Part shown: positions 20,633-31,222 of the stretch, piece by piece
Layout: every line of letters starts with the position of its first letter
Position numbering within the stretch: position 1 is the stretch's first letter
Source of the DNA: Candidatus Heimdallarchaeota archaeon
GTDB lineage: Archaea; Asgardarchaeota; Heimdallarchaeia; JABLTI01
Direction: 5' to 3'
NCBI GenBank assembly: GCA_019058275.1
Contig: JAHLVW010000099.1
Span: 1-64,000 of the forward strand
Length of the DNA: 64,000 nucleotides
The notes under the pieces: generated by a model
What the model was told of the DNA's origin: nothing
What the model saw: the letters and a program-made list of their open reading frames with translations, nothing else
Database searches by the model: none
Translations under genes and position numbers: made by a program

Positions 20633-21751
20633 TTACACTTCTTTATGTAAAGGAAGGTAGATATTTAGTAGGTTTCTTTTACCTCCTTCAGGAAGCTCGA
20701 CATATCCTTTATAGAAGCGTATAAGTGAATTGATTATAAATGGTCCAAGATCTTGGAAAGATTGAGCTGATGTTTCAGTTTTAAGATTAGTTGGGTGTTC
20801 AATTTCTCTTTGATCATAAATATACTTTAATTGAAAAGCTCGGACATTCATTTTCAAGTAATCTTTATCCTCTTTTTTAATTTCATCAAATTCTACATTT
20901 ATTCTGATTTTTGGACTTGGATCATTTAATATGGATATTAAAAGTAATTCTGAAATCATATGATTAAGGTCATTGTCAGCATAAACTTGACGCGGTTGTG
21001 TAAAATCACCAGTTATTTCAAAATTCTTATCTCTATAGTCACTTTTTAATCGATTAATAACAGTTGAAAAAGTTCTCGAGGCATCAATTTGAGATAAGTT
21101 CTCTTCAGATTTATTACCAATAGCTTGTAATTTCTTAATGTTTCTTGTTAATCGAGCATTTTTTCTAATAGTCTGCTGGAACAATTGTAACACTTTCTTT
21201 TGCTCAGCAGTTGGATTCAAGCTTTCAATTTGAACCATTGTTAACAAAAGTGATTGATTTAAATCATCAACATTATTAACAAGCAAATCATTAAGGAAAA
21301 GGATTTCTTTATTTGCATTCTCTATATCCTTTAAAAATTTCTGATTTTCTAACTTTAGATTCTGTTTAACTATGACTTCATCTAAGGTTAATAACAACTT
21401 ATCCGCACTAATTGGTTTTTCTAAATAACCAGACACATCAAACTGCATAGCTTTGATGGCTGAATCGAGTGTTCCATAACCAGTTATAATAACAAAATCA
21501 GAATCTGGGCTTATAGTTCTTAACTGAGAAATTAAGTCCATACCTTTGATATCAGGAAGCTGCAAGTCAATCATTGCAATGTTGAAAAAAGTTTTTGAAA
21601 GTAATTTAATACCTTCTTCACCTGTTCCTACACTTTGAACATTTTTGTAGCCATATCTATTCATTATTTCAACGAAAAGATCTCGGATATCATTGTCATC
21701 ATCTATAATTAAGATACTAATTGTTTCTTTGATTGATTCAGTGACCGTCAT
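20633..21751 (-). CDS. Response regulator receiver fused to degenerate histidine-kinase-like domain
   Basis: ILIIDDD, IDLQLPDIKG, ITGYG, YLEKP; H-box His absent (LNDLLVNNV). Confidence 0.85.
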   Translation of the reverse strand: MTVTESIKETISILIIDDDNDIRDLFVEIMNRYGYKNVQSVGTGEEGIKLLSKTFFNIAMIDLQLPDIKGMDLISQLRTISPDSDFVIITGYGTLDSAIKAMQFDVSGYLEKPISADKLLLTLDEVIVKQNLKLENQKFLKDIENANKEILFLNDLLVNNVDDLNQSLLLTMVQIESLNPTAEQKKVLQLFQQTIRKNARLTRNIKKLQAIGNKSEENLSQIDASRTFSTVINRLKSDYRDKNFEITGDFTQPRQVYADNDLNHMISELLLISILNDPSPKIRINVEFDEIKKEDKDYLKMNVRAFQLKYIYDQREIEHPTNLKTETSAQSFQDLGPFIINSLIRFYKGYVELPEGGKRNLLNIYLPLHKEV

Positions 21752-22075
21752 CTTGACACTTCCTGTCTAAGAAAGAGCAAAACTGATAACTTTGTACTCA
21801 CAAATTAAACCTATTTCCATTTTGCTCGAACTTTTTGCTGCTTTTTCAATTCAGCAATTGATTATTTCGCATACCGTCTTTTAAAACTTATTAAATTAGC
21901 AAAAAAACTATAATTAGATTAAGAATTTTCAATAAGAAGAAAAAAGAAAGGTTAGCATATAGCTAATCCAATCTTTTAGTTGTTTGATAATTAAAAAGGT
22001 TTGGGAGTTTTGTACAGAACGATTATTTATTTTTATACAAATGTTTCCAGAGGAATTTCGTAAAGATTTCCAACA

Positions 22076-22133
22076 ATGTTTAAATTACTCAAACATATTT
22101 AGATATGTTTAAATTAGTCAAACATATTTAGAT
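22076..22133. promoter_or_regulatory. Tandem 29-bp duplication, each copy containing palindrome ATGTTT-N9-AAACAT (probable operator)
   Basis: atgtttaaattactcaaacatatttagat / atgtttaaattagtcaaacatatttagat, 1 mismatch. Confidence 0.6.
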
Positions 22134-22278
22134 GTGTAGGAAGAAAAAAATCATAATTCTGAACCTAATCAGTAACTAGGTTCAATGATTTTCTTTCTTT
22201 TGTTTCATAAAGAAAGTGCCTTCCAAGAATTAATATCTAATTTACTAGAACTATAACAAAAACTGGAGTGAGAAAAGA

Positions 22279-22893
22279 ATGGCAAAAGGAGATAACACCT
22301 TCAAACCCCATCCAAGACTCATTCATAAAAAGAATTTTTTGGCTTTTCTTTACACAGTTGTAGGTGGAGGAGTTACATTTTTTATTGTGTTTTTCGATGA
22401 TAATGCTGAATTCATAGTTGATTTTTGGTATATCCTGGTCGCGATAACTGGTGGAGTCTTTCTAGTTTGGGTAATCTTTAACATACTACTTTTTAGAACT
22501 ATTGTTTATGTGCTTGAAGACAATGAAATTATATCCAAACGAGGTATCTTACATAAAAGAACAAGGATTGTTCCTTTTCATGCAGTTACAAACATGTCAA
22601 TAGCAAGAGATCCAATTGATAGAATATTTGGCATAGGTACAGTTAAATTACATACAGCAGGATTTAGTGGTGAGAAAACACCAGAAGGTAAAATTGAAGG
22701 GATAACAAATTATACTTATGTTTATGATATGCTTATGCGAAAAACAAAAGTCTCAGCTAAAATTATTTCAGATGATGAAACTAAGCTAATCTATGAAGAA
22801 GATTTTCCAACAAAATTACTTGAGACAAGAAAAGCCATACTACAAGAATTCATTGAAATTAAACAATTGTTTGAAGAAAGAAGAAAAGTATGA
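22279..22893 (+). CDS. Membrane protein with bacterial PH (bPH_2, YdbS-like) domain
   Basis: 2 TM, then SKRGILHK..IVPFHAVTNM...PIDRIFGIGTVKLHTAG. Confidence 0.85.
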   Translation: MAKGDNTFKPHPRLIHKKNFLAFLYTVVGGGVTFFIVFFDDNAEFIVDFWYILVAITGGVFLVWVIFNILLFRTIVYVLEDNEIISKRGILHKRTRIVPFHAVTNMSIARDPIDRIFGIGTVKLHTAGFSGEKTPEGKIEGITNYTYVYDMLMRKTKVSAKIISDDETKLIYEEDFPTKLLETRKAILQEFIEIKQLFEERRKV

Positions 22894-22924
22894 TATCAAG
22901 AAATAATCTTAAGAGGTAAAGAAA

Positions 22925-23545
22925 ATGAGCAAGGAAATAACTGAATTTGGTCCAGACATTAAGTACCTACAAAAAAGGCAATTTATTGCTTTTAGTTGGT
23001 TTATGTTTTTTATGCTAATTGTTTTGGGCATTTTCCTAGGCTATATGATCGGAAAAGATAATCCTAGTACAGCTTTAATAGTTTTAGGAGCAGCTGGAGG
23101 ATGTGTTTTACTCTTCTACATTTTGAATGCAACTTTTATTTACTATTATTACAAGTCAATAATTTATCAATTCAAAGAAACAGAAATGATAGTTCGTCGA
23201 GGAGTTTTTCAGAAAATTGAAAAAGCAGTTCCATTTCGAGCAGTGACAAATCTAGCTGTCTACAGAAGTCTTTTTGATAGAATGTTTGGCATTGGAACTA
23301 TTCGATTACATACAGCAGGATATAGTGGAACACCCTTACCTGAGGAGAGCATAGAAGGAATACTGAATTATGTTGAACTCTATGATAATTTGATGGCAAA
23401 GATTCGACCTATGAAAGCTATGACTCCAACAGTAAGTATGGAAGTTGATGGTACAATTGACATGGAAGATCAACTAAAAGTCAATTTAGAAATTTTGAAA
23501 ACATTAAAAGAAATTAAGTCACTATTAAAGGAAGGAAGAGAATAA
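22925..23545 (+). CDS. Membrane protein with bPH_2 domain, tandem paralog
   Basis: VRRGVF..VPFRAVTNL...FDRMFGIGTIRLHTAG. Confidence 0.85.
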   Translation: MSKEITEFGPDIKYLQKRQFIAFSWFMFFMLIVLGIFLGYMIGKDNPSTALIVLGAAGGCVLLFYILNATFIYYYYKSIIYQFKETEMIVRRGVFQKIEKAVPFRAVTNLAVYRSLFDRMFGIGTIRLHTAGYSGTPLPEESIEGILNYVELYDNLMAKIRPMKAMTPTVSMEVDGTIDMEDQLKVNLEILKTLKEIKSLLKEGRE

Positions 23546-23588
23546 GCAATTATTCTCTAACCATCTAATTTTTTTCTTGCAAATCATT

Positions 23589-24482
23589 CTACTTTAGCGT
23601 TTCATAAAAATCTTCTATCAAATATTGAAGCCAATTATCAGTAGGTCTACATGAAAACTTCCAGCCTGGAGATCCTTGAGCAAAGTATTTTGGTAGTTGA
23701 GGGTGTTCTTGAATTTGATTGATTGATAAATCTTCAGAAAAAGATTTCTTAAGAAAAACCTCCAAGTCTTCATAGTATTTTCTTGTCTTTATAATATAGT
23801 CTTTAGAAACAACTTTACCATGTCCTGGTATAACATGTTCAATATCAAGTTCTTCCAATTGCTTGTAAATAGAAATGGGGTTATTAAACTCATGCTGTAA
23901 TGGTGGGTAACATTCAAGGAGATTGTCACCCACACAAATGGTTTTTTCAGATGAACTATAGATAATTGATGATCCTTTTGTATGCCCTCCGACTACTTTA
24001 AACAAGAGAGAATTCTCTTCTGGACCAATTCTTAATTCATCTTTAACTGAGATAGTTGGTAGAAATAATTTAGCATTGATTACTAAATCTCTCATTTCCT
24101 TATGCTTTGGATACCTATTGTTGGCAAATTCGACAAGATTTTCTTTTGCTAAGTAACCTTCAGTTAAATTATACTTCATATTCTCTATGCAATGCTCGGA
24201 AGCAACAGTTTTAACATCTTCAAAAACTTCCATAGCAAACATATGATCCCAATCTAGATGGGTTAGCAAAAGATGTGATATTTTTCTGTTATATTTCTTC
24301 TCCATTTCTTTTCTGAAGTTTGCTAATACATCAACAAAGATTCCTGTATCAACAATGATTAGTCGCTCTGGCAAAGCTATACAAGTAACTGGAGCGGTTG
24401 TTGGTGCAGTATTTATTGCTAATTCTAGTTCTTTTGGTGCATACATAACTACAATATTATCAGTAACAATCTCAATTCTCAT
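23589..24482 (-). CDS. MBL-fold metallo-hydrolase
   Basis: THLDWDH, GGHTKGS, VGD, IPGHG. Confidence 0.9.
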   Translation of the reverse strand: MRIEIVTDNIVVMYAPKELELAINTAPTTAPVTCIALPERLIIVDTGIFVDVLANFRKEMEKKYNRKISHLLLTHLDWDHMFAMEVFEDVKTVASEHCIENMKYNLTEGYLAKENLVEFANNRYPKHKEMRDLVINAKLFLPTISVKDELRIGPEENSLLFKVVGGHTKGSSIIYSSSEKTICVGDNLLECYPPLQHEFNNPISIYKQLEELDIEHVIPGHGKVVSKDYIIKTRKYYEDLEVFLKKSFSEDLSINQIQEHPQLPKYFAQGSPGWKFSCRPTDNWLQYLIEDFYETLK

Positions 24483-24766
24483 AATTCTATATTTTATTAA
24501 TTAATATTAAAGTAATATCTCAAAACGATTCTATTGACTCGAGATTTTCTCTAAAGAACGAGCTATTCTCTAGAGAACATTTATCATATTTCGATTCATA
24601 TTTTCCATAACTCGATAAATATCAGAAACTGTTCTTTGTAAGCTTTCTATTTCATGTTCTAATTGATCATAATCACCCATAATAATCGCTTAATGTTATA
24701 ATCCAATTTAGTTATTTAAATGTAAAGTGATAAAGCTTAAACAATATATCTTCAATTAATTATACT

Positions 24767-25437
24767 ATGGATAATGAATTTTCTTTAATTGAATACTATC
24801 GCAAAAGGGCTCGGAATATGAAGCAGTTTATTCCAAATTCGGTTCTGAAATTCAAAAGGAAAACGAAAAAACAGCTGAAATGCTGAAGCAATATCTAAAG
24901 GGAAGGAAAGTAATTGAAGTTGCTTGCGGAACTGGTTATTGGACACAATTCTTATCTGAAACTGCAAAGGAGATAACTGCTATTGATATAAATAATGAAG
25001 TTCTAGTTTTGGCAAGGCAAAAGAATTATCTCTGTCCTATTTCTTTTCAAATAATGGATGCTTATCAGTTAGCATTTGATAATGAGAGCTTCAATGCAGG
25101 ATTAGCAAATTTCTGGTTTTCGCACATACCAAAAACCAAAATTGATGATTTTATTTCTGAACTTCATCGAATTTTGAAACCAAGATCTAGAGTATTTATA
25201 ACAGATAATCATCATTTACATCTCTCAGATTCTTTAGGTGAGCTGATTACTAGAGAGGATGATGCGAATACCTACAAATTACGACAATTAGAAGATGGAA
25301 GTCAATATATTGTTCTGAAAAACTATTACTCAGAAGTTGAGCTATTTAGGATCTTTAGTAAACATGGAAAGAGATTTTCAAAATCAAATATTTCTTTTGG
25401 AGAATTTTTCTGGAGAGTAACATATGAATTAGATTAA
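24767..25437 (+). pseudogene. Class I SAM-dependent methyltransferase, frameshift at ~24812
   Basis: MDNEFSLIEYYRKRA|EYEAVY...VIEVACGTGYWT; N-terminus in a different frame from ORF 24880..25437. Confidence 0.8.
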
Positions 25438-25484
25438 TTTATTTTATTGACAGAGATTTAAAACAATAATTGATTTAAGGAAAT

Positions 25485-26375
25485 TTGTACTTTCTAATAG
25501 TGAGTGAGATGGTAAAGTTAGAGAAAATTTCAGATCATATAGTAATTGATACAGAAACTCAAAGTATGAGTAGATCATCTATTATTGGTGGAATTTCATT
25601 AGGAAAATATTCAATAGCAATCGAGAGTGGTTCCACACTAGAGATAGGAATGGATCTTAAACTGAAATTAAGAGACTTTTTCAATTTACCTGTGAAATAT
25701 CTATTCCTAACTCACACACATAATGATCATAGGGGTGGGATGGATGCATTCTCAGATGAAACGCTCATCATGAGTGAGAAATGTAAAGAGAATATGCCTA
25801 AGAGAATAAGATTAAGCAAATTTTCACTTGAAGCTTTTGAAGAGAAGCACATAATACAAGAAAATGAATTGTCGATGGAATTCCTAAAAGTTGCTGGGCA
25901 CAGCATAGGTTCTAGTGTAGCTTATTTCCCAAGTGAAAAAGTCCTTTTTGCAGGAGATCTTTTCATAACTGAACCAATCAATTTTGGTTTACCTTTTATG
26001 AGTTTTTATCAAAATAAACCAAAAAGAACAGGCAATCCAGAAGAGTATTTTGCAGCGTTTGAACTTTTCAAATCGATGGATATTGATGTCATTGTTCCTG
26101 GTCATGGTCAAATAATCAATAATCCCCAAGAGTATCTAGACAAACAAACAGCTTTTTTCAATGGATTAAAGACTCATTTTGTAGCAGAAATTAAAAGAGG
26201 TAACAATCTAGAAGAGATTGAAATGCCAAGTATGGAACTAATTGTACATGCATATAAAATTGCAGAAAGTCGAAAACCTAAAAGTAAACATGTAAGGTTT
26301 CTAGATCATTATTTAGAAGTACTAAAAACTAGTTTCTATAATTATTATAGTGGTATATTCCATAATTTAGATTAA
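25485..26375 (+). CDS. MBL-fold metallo-hydrolase
   Basis: THTHNDH, GHSIGS, FAGD, VPGHG. Confidence 0.9.
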   Translation: MYFLIVSEMVKLEKISDHIVIDTETQSMSRSSIIGGISLGKYSIAIESGSTLEIGMDLKLKLRDFFNLPVKYLFLTHTHNDHRGGMDAFSDETLIMSEKCKENMPKRIRLSKFSLEAFEEKHIIQENELSMEFLKVAGHSIGSSVAYFPSEKVLFAGDLFITEPINFGLPFMSFYQNKPKRTGNPEEYFAAFELFKSMDIDVIVPGHGQIINNPQEYLDKQTAFFNGLKTHFVAEIKRGNNLEEIEMPSMELIVHAYKIAESRKPKSKHVRFLDHYLEVLKTSFYNYYSGIFHNLD

Positions 26376-26435
26376 TCCAGCTTCTTAACAAAACAAAGTA
26401 AAAAAAATTGAGAAAGTAGTTTGTAAAAAACTACT

Positions 26436-27230
26436 TTATTCTTCTTGAGCAACCAATTTTTCAGGTAAAATATCTTTTTTTGTTCTAAATACAATCAATA
26501 GCACTGTCGCAACAATAGCAATTCCTAATGTTCCAATTGATGGATAGAGTGGTCAGATATTAGTTTTATCAGATACAAGCTGAATATATGTGGCAATCAT
26601 GCCTGTAGTTATTCCAACAAAAATGAACAATGATCAGTAGAAGAATACATGTAACAAAGGCATTTTCTCTCCTTTTGGTGTTAGGTATAGAATATACATT
26701 AATACTGTCCAAATCCTGTTCCAACTAATGGCATTTGTTGCCAATTTTCCCATCCTCTAAAGAGTGATAGAGCTAAGAAAACCATCGATGATAATGTAAA
26801 GAAGAATACTGTTGTCCACAATGTGAATTGATTCAAAGCATTTCGTCTCATATTCTGCTTCATAAAATTAATAGCAATTGCAACCACTAGAAATTGAAAA
26901 GCACCCATTAATGGTATTGCTTGGAAATCTTCCCAATTACCTAGAATACAATATGCTAGTGTTATCATATTGATAATATTAATAATGAAAAATGCTGCAA
27001 ACCAGAAGAAGATAATCTCTGTAATCTTCCATTCTCTTTGCTTTGTAGTGAAATAAAGAATTATCATTGATAATCCCATCAAAATACATGCGAGTAGGGG
27101 TGAACCAAACCATTCTATACTGCTTAAATCTCAAAGTATACTCCCATTAGTACACCAATAATTATCATAATAATCCAATTAATAATCATTGAATAAAATA
27201 ACGGATTTTTCCTATTAGATATTATAATCC
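26436..27230 (-). pseudogene. Degraded polytopic membrane protein gene
   Basis: Hydrophobic ORF 26699..27082 continues in shifted frames to ...DILPEKLVAQEE*; several stops and frameshifts; 5' limit approximate. Confidence 0.55.
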
Positions 27231-27368
27231 CCAATAAGTTAAGTATCATTAAGTGTACATTTAAGTGTTCTCAGGAGATTGAGAATTGATTCTAATTATT
27301 ATGCGAAAATAAAATCATGTGTTATCTTTGTGGTTTCTTTATCTTTGTTAAATCAACAGTTTCAATAA

Positions 27369-29270
27369 CTATGGAATTTGTTCCTTTATAATTTTCTCAA
27401 TCATTTCTTTTGCTTTCTTATCATCTTTATCTAATGACAGAAGTTTCTCAAAACACTTCTTTGCATACTCTAATTCTCTAAACGCATAAATTTTATTTCC
27501 AAAATTCCAAAGATTATCCTTAAAAATTTCATCAATTTCAATTGTCTTTAATAAGAACTCATAAGCTATATCAAAACCTTTCAACCAAAAGAGAATTCCT
27601 GATACAATATTGAAAGTCCATTTATAACACTGTTTTTTCTGCTCATTTCTTTTACATTCTTTTATTAATTCATCTGTGTTCAATTCTGATTTGGTTAATG
27701 GTATATTTCTATAGCTCATCTTCTCTTCATCTAAAACAAATGCTTCTCCATCCATGGTGAAGTAAATGTTTTCTTGATATTCTTCTAACTTTATTTTGTC
27801 TGTCAAATAAATGTATAAATAACCATTAAAAACATCTAAAGCTAAGTAATACTTCAATCCATAAGAATAGAACTCATATATTCCAAGGTATTTTTCCCAA
27901 GATTTCTTATTTGGACCTTTTTCATCATTAGGACCATCATTATAGTTCAATTTGAAAAGAGAGTCATCTGTTTTCCATTTTATTGATTTAACTTTCTGTT
28001 TCTCATCCAATATGAAGGTAAATAGATTTTTATCTTCAGTTAAAAATTCTAATTCACTTTGTGGATATAGAAGCTGTTTTTTCCCGAACAGATTGTAATT
28101 AATTAGCTTTCCATTTTCGAAGACAATATTTTGCATACTTACTCTGTGTCTGTAATATGTGCCTACAAGCTTTTTCAAACTCTTAGATTCAACATCAACG
28201 GTTTTTGGTTTAGTTTTCTCTTTAAACATTAATTCTAAAGCTTTTCTGGTAAGTTTAACTTGTTCTCCGGAGTGATGCATTGAGTTAGTAAAAACAATAG
28301 CAGCGATTTTGTGTTTTGGAATCCAAGTATGTTGGGTTAAATAGCCATATCCTCCCCCTCCATGACTATATACTTCAACATCTTCTATCGGTTTTTCCTT
28401 GTAAAGACCTAAACCAAATGTTGATTTCACTCCATCTTCTTCAAACTGTGATTTATACATTTCCTGAAAATATTCTTTTGATATAAGCTGCTTGCCCTTA
28501 ATTTTACCTTTATTCAAATGTAACATTGCAAACTTTGCTTGCTCATTAACTGAAATGTATACTCCTCCAGCTCCTAACATAGGAATTTGAACAGTAGGTG
28601 TTTCAAAATCACCAATATTACCTTTTGCGAATGAATGTTTTTGCGCTTCATTGATATCCAAAGTTGCTGTTTTAATCCTCAATGGTTGAAATAATTCTTC
28701 ATTCACAACCTCTTTAAAGGTTTTATTCATGATTTTACCTAAAACATATCCTGTTAGATCAAGACCAATATTAGCATAAGCAAATTCAGATCCAACTTTG
28801 CTTCGCAACCAGGCTTCAGCTACACTTGCTATGTGATCTTCATAAGTACAAGGAGTATTGTCATAATTATTTCCTATACCAGCTTCATGTGTAAAGCCTG
28901 CTGTGTGACTAAGCATTCTACGAAAAGTTATTTTCTCAATCTCTTGATCTCTATCGCCAAATTTAGTATTTACTACAAATTCAGGATAATACTTTCTAAT
29001 GGGATCATCAAGATTAATTAAACCCTTACTCGCTAATATCATAAAAGTAGTAGTAGTGATAGTTTTACCCATAGATTGAGTACTAAAGAGGGTATCTGCA
29101 GTAACCTTATCTTTCCTTGCATTATCAATGAATCCAAAACCCTCTGACCAAACAATATTGTCTTCATCAACTAATGCTATGGCTAATCCACAGATTTTTT
29201 CTTTTTCAATAACTTCCTTTATTTCCTTTCTCATTTTTTCGATAAGAGAATTATAGTTTATAGAACTCAA
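27369..29270 (-). CDS. Serine hydrolase, beta-lactamase/AmpC family
   Basis: SMGK (SxxK), LSHTAG, YAN, HGGG. Confidence 0.9.
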   Translation of the reverse strand: MSSINYNSLIEKMRKEIKEVIEKEKICGLAIALVDEDNIVWSEGFGFIDNARKDKVTADTLFSTQSMGKTITTTTFMILASKGLINLDDPIRKYYPEFVVNTKFGDRDQEIEKITFRRMLSHTAGFTHEAGIGNNYDNTPCTYEDHIASVAEAWLRSKVGSEFAYANIGLDLTGYVLGKIMNKTFKEVVNEELFQPLRIKTATLDINEAQKHSFAKGNIGDFETPTVQIPMLGAGGVYISVNEQAKFAMLHLNKGKIKGKQLISKEYFQEMYKSQFEEDGVKSTFGLGLYKEKPIEDVEVYSHGGGGYGYLTQHTWIPKHKIAAIVFTNSMHHSGEQVKLTRKALELMFKEKTKPKTVDVESKSLKKLVGTYYRHRVSMQNIVFENGKLINYNLFGKKQLLYPQSELEFLTEDKNLFTFILDEKQKVKSIKWKTDDSLFKLNYNDGPNDEKGPNKKSWEKYLGIYEFYSYGLKYYLALDVFNGYLYIYLTDKIKLEEYQENIYFTMDGEAFVLDEEKMSYRNIPLTKSELNTDELIKECKRNEQKKQCYKWTFNIVSGILFWLKGFDIAYEFLLKTIEIDEIFKDNLWNFGNKIYAFRELEYAKKCFEKLLSLDKDDKKAKEMIEKIIKEQIP

Positions 29271-29741
29271 TTATATCACTTCAAAATACTAATTTTTAAG
29301 ATTTAATTTGATTTCTATTAGTTGTTGAAAATTTTGATTTATTTTGTATGAGAATAGGCTCATCATCTCTCAATGATGGAATTAACTAATATCTTTTCTT
29401 AGGATTCGCACGATATAGGTTTATATGAAATGAGAGATCAATACACTCTCATTCTTCTTATTAATAATATCCCATTTTATTCTGAAATAAACTAATCTCA
29501 AAAATACGAAAAAGGAATTTTGGATTAAATATTAATAATTAGATCATTTTAATTATCTTTTTAGAAGTATTGAAATATGAAGAAATTGTAAAATCTCTCG
29601 GATTAACTAAAGTTGCTACCCGGGTGGTTTATGAAAAATCACTTTTAATTTAATCCCTTAATACTTCTAATAGTCAGAAGAGATATGATTTAGAATATAT
29701 TCAAAAAAAGAAAAAAGAAATTCACTAATGAATCTCTTTTT

Positions 29742-30776
29742 CTATTTGTATGAACACTTTTTCCTTTTAATAAGAACAATGCTTACGAAAATTGGGAAAG
29801 AAATAATGGTAATAATGATTCCTAATGAAAGTTTATTAATATCTCCAACTACAATAGTTGTAATATTAGTGTAAAGATATTCGTTCCAAAATAGATCAGT
29901 AATTTCAAGGTCAACAGAATATAAGCCATCATCTGGTTCAGTGAAAAGCACAGAATAGTTATTGTCCATTTCTGGATCTTGCAAAGCTAAAGCAATTGGG
30001 GGAGGAAGTGTATCATCATCAGAAGAGATAAGATTTAGTATTGCTTTTACATCTCTTAGTTTAGATTCATCGGTAATGTTGACTGTTAACAATCTCGAGA
30101 GATTTTCAAAAGCTTGCACTTCAATTATCCCTATTTCTGGTTCAGTATCTTCATAGCAGCCAATAGCTTGTGTCATAGCAATATACATCTCTCTTAGATA
30201 AAACTGTGTAGAAGAACAAGTAACAATATTTCCACTTATAATTGGAGAAACATTTGAAAAGAAAGTTGCACCTGCTGCTGCATATTCGGATGCATAATCT
30301 GAATGACCGGTAACATTTTTACCATTTATAACATTTGCAGCAGCTAGAACTCTAACTGCTCTGCACCAAGCACTGATAATAACGCCAGTATCAGAAGCTG
30401 TTTTGATTTTATTCAAAATATTATTTTGGTTAGCCATTAGATTTTCATGAGAACTACCAGGTAAAATATTTATGCAATCATAGGCTGAAGTAGATATCTC
30501 CGAGAAAAGATAATCAACTTCAAATTCAGCACTATTGTATTCACAACCAGTTAATGTTTCGACTGGACCTGCTGTATCCACAGTCCAACCAAATTCATCA
30601 AATTGGTTTAGCATAGGTAGATAATTAGCTCCAAAATTATTATCCATTAGAACGAGTATAGTTACATCATTTGTACTGATTTTTGTTGTTGTTCCTTGAG
30701 ATATATCTTTGATTGTATTTGGGAAAACTATCAATATAATTAATAAGATTATTGAAAAAAAAGTTCGTATCTTCAT
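29742..30776 (-). CDS. Secreted, C-terminally anchored DJ-1/PfpI family protein
   Basis: Signal peptide, YDCINILPG, ISAWCRAVRVLAAA..INGKNVTG; C-terminal TM plus basic tail. Confidence 0.85.
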   Translation of the reverse strand: MKIRTFFSIILLIILIVFPNTIKDISQGTTTKISTNDVTILVLMDNNFGANYLPMLNQFDEFGWTVDTAGPVETLTGCEYNSAEFEVDYLFSEISTSAYDCINILPGSSHENLMANQNNILNKIKTASDTGVIISAWCRAVRVLAAANVINGKNVTGHSDYASEYAAAGATFFSNVSPIISGNIVTCSSTQFYLREMYIAMTQAIGCYEDTEPEIGIIEVQAFENLSRLLTVNITDESKLRDVKAILNLISSDDDTLPPPIALALQDPEMDNNYSVLFTEPDDGLYSVDLEITDLFWNEYLYTNITTIVVGDINKLSLGIIITIISFPIFVSIVLIKRKKCSYK

Positions 30777-30943
30777 ATCAACCGCCTTTTTTTAGGTATA
30801 TAAACTAATGAAGTTTATATTTAAATTTCTTCTCATACAGATGAGAATTGTTTCTTAATGTGGAAATACTTCATTTTCGAAAACATTTCAGACTATTAGT
30901 GCATCAACTTAGAGACTAAAATATAGTATCAGGAAGGATTTAC

Positions 30944-31024
30944 AAACAAAACTAGTTCCAACTGAAGGAACTAAAACCGGATGGAGGTAAACAAACTCCC
31001 ATCGTTGTAGAAGAAGGTTTTAAG
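30944..31024. repeat. Cassette-boundary repeat R1 (diverged)
   Basis: Core at 30973: aaaaccggatggaggtaaacaaactcccatcgttgtagaagaaggttttaag. Confidence 0.75.
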
Positions 31025-31222
31025 TGGGGGGAGAATACTAGAAATTTTCTTTTCTGAAATGTAGGCATTTAGTAATTTATTTTTTATTGTAAATCATAGT
31101 AAAAATTGTTCGGAACAGTTTCTAAACTATCATTAGAGATGTTTTAAAGAAAATAATGAGTATATATTATTCAAGAATTAAATAAAAAGAAGGCAAATTT
31201 AAAAAAAACATGAGGAAAAGAA

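Noticed and set aside
24531-24680. Small minus-strand coiled-coil-like ORF with internal TAG
   Set aside because: Too short to support as a gene or as read-through evidence.
29600-29640. GC-rich spot (gctacccgggtgg) as a seventh array repeat
   Set aside because: No alignment to the R1-R6 consensus.
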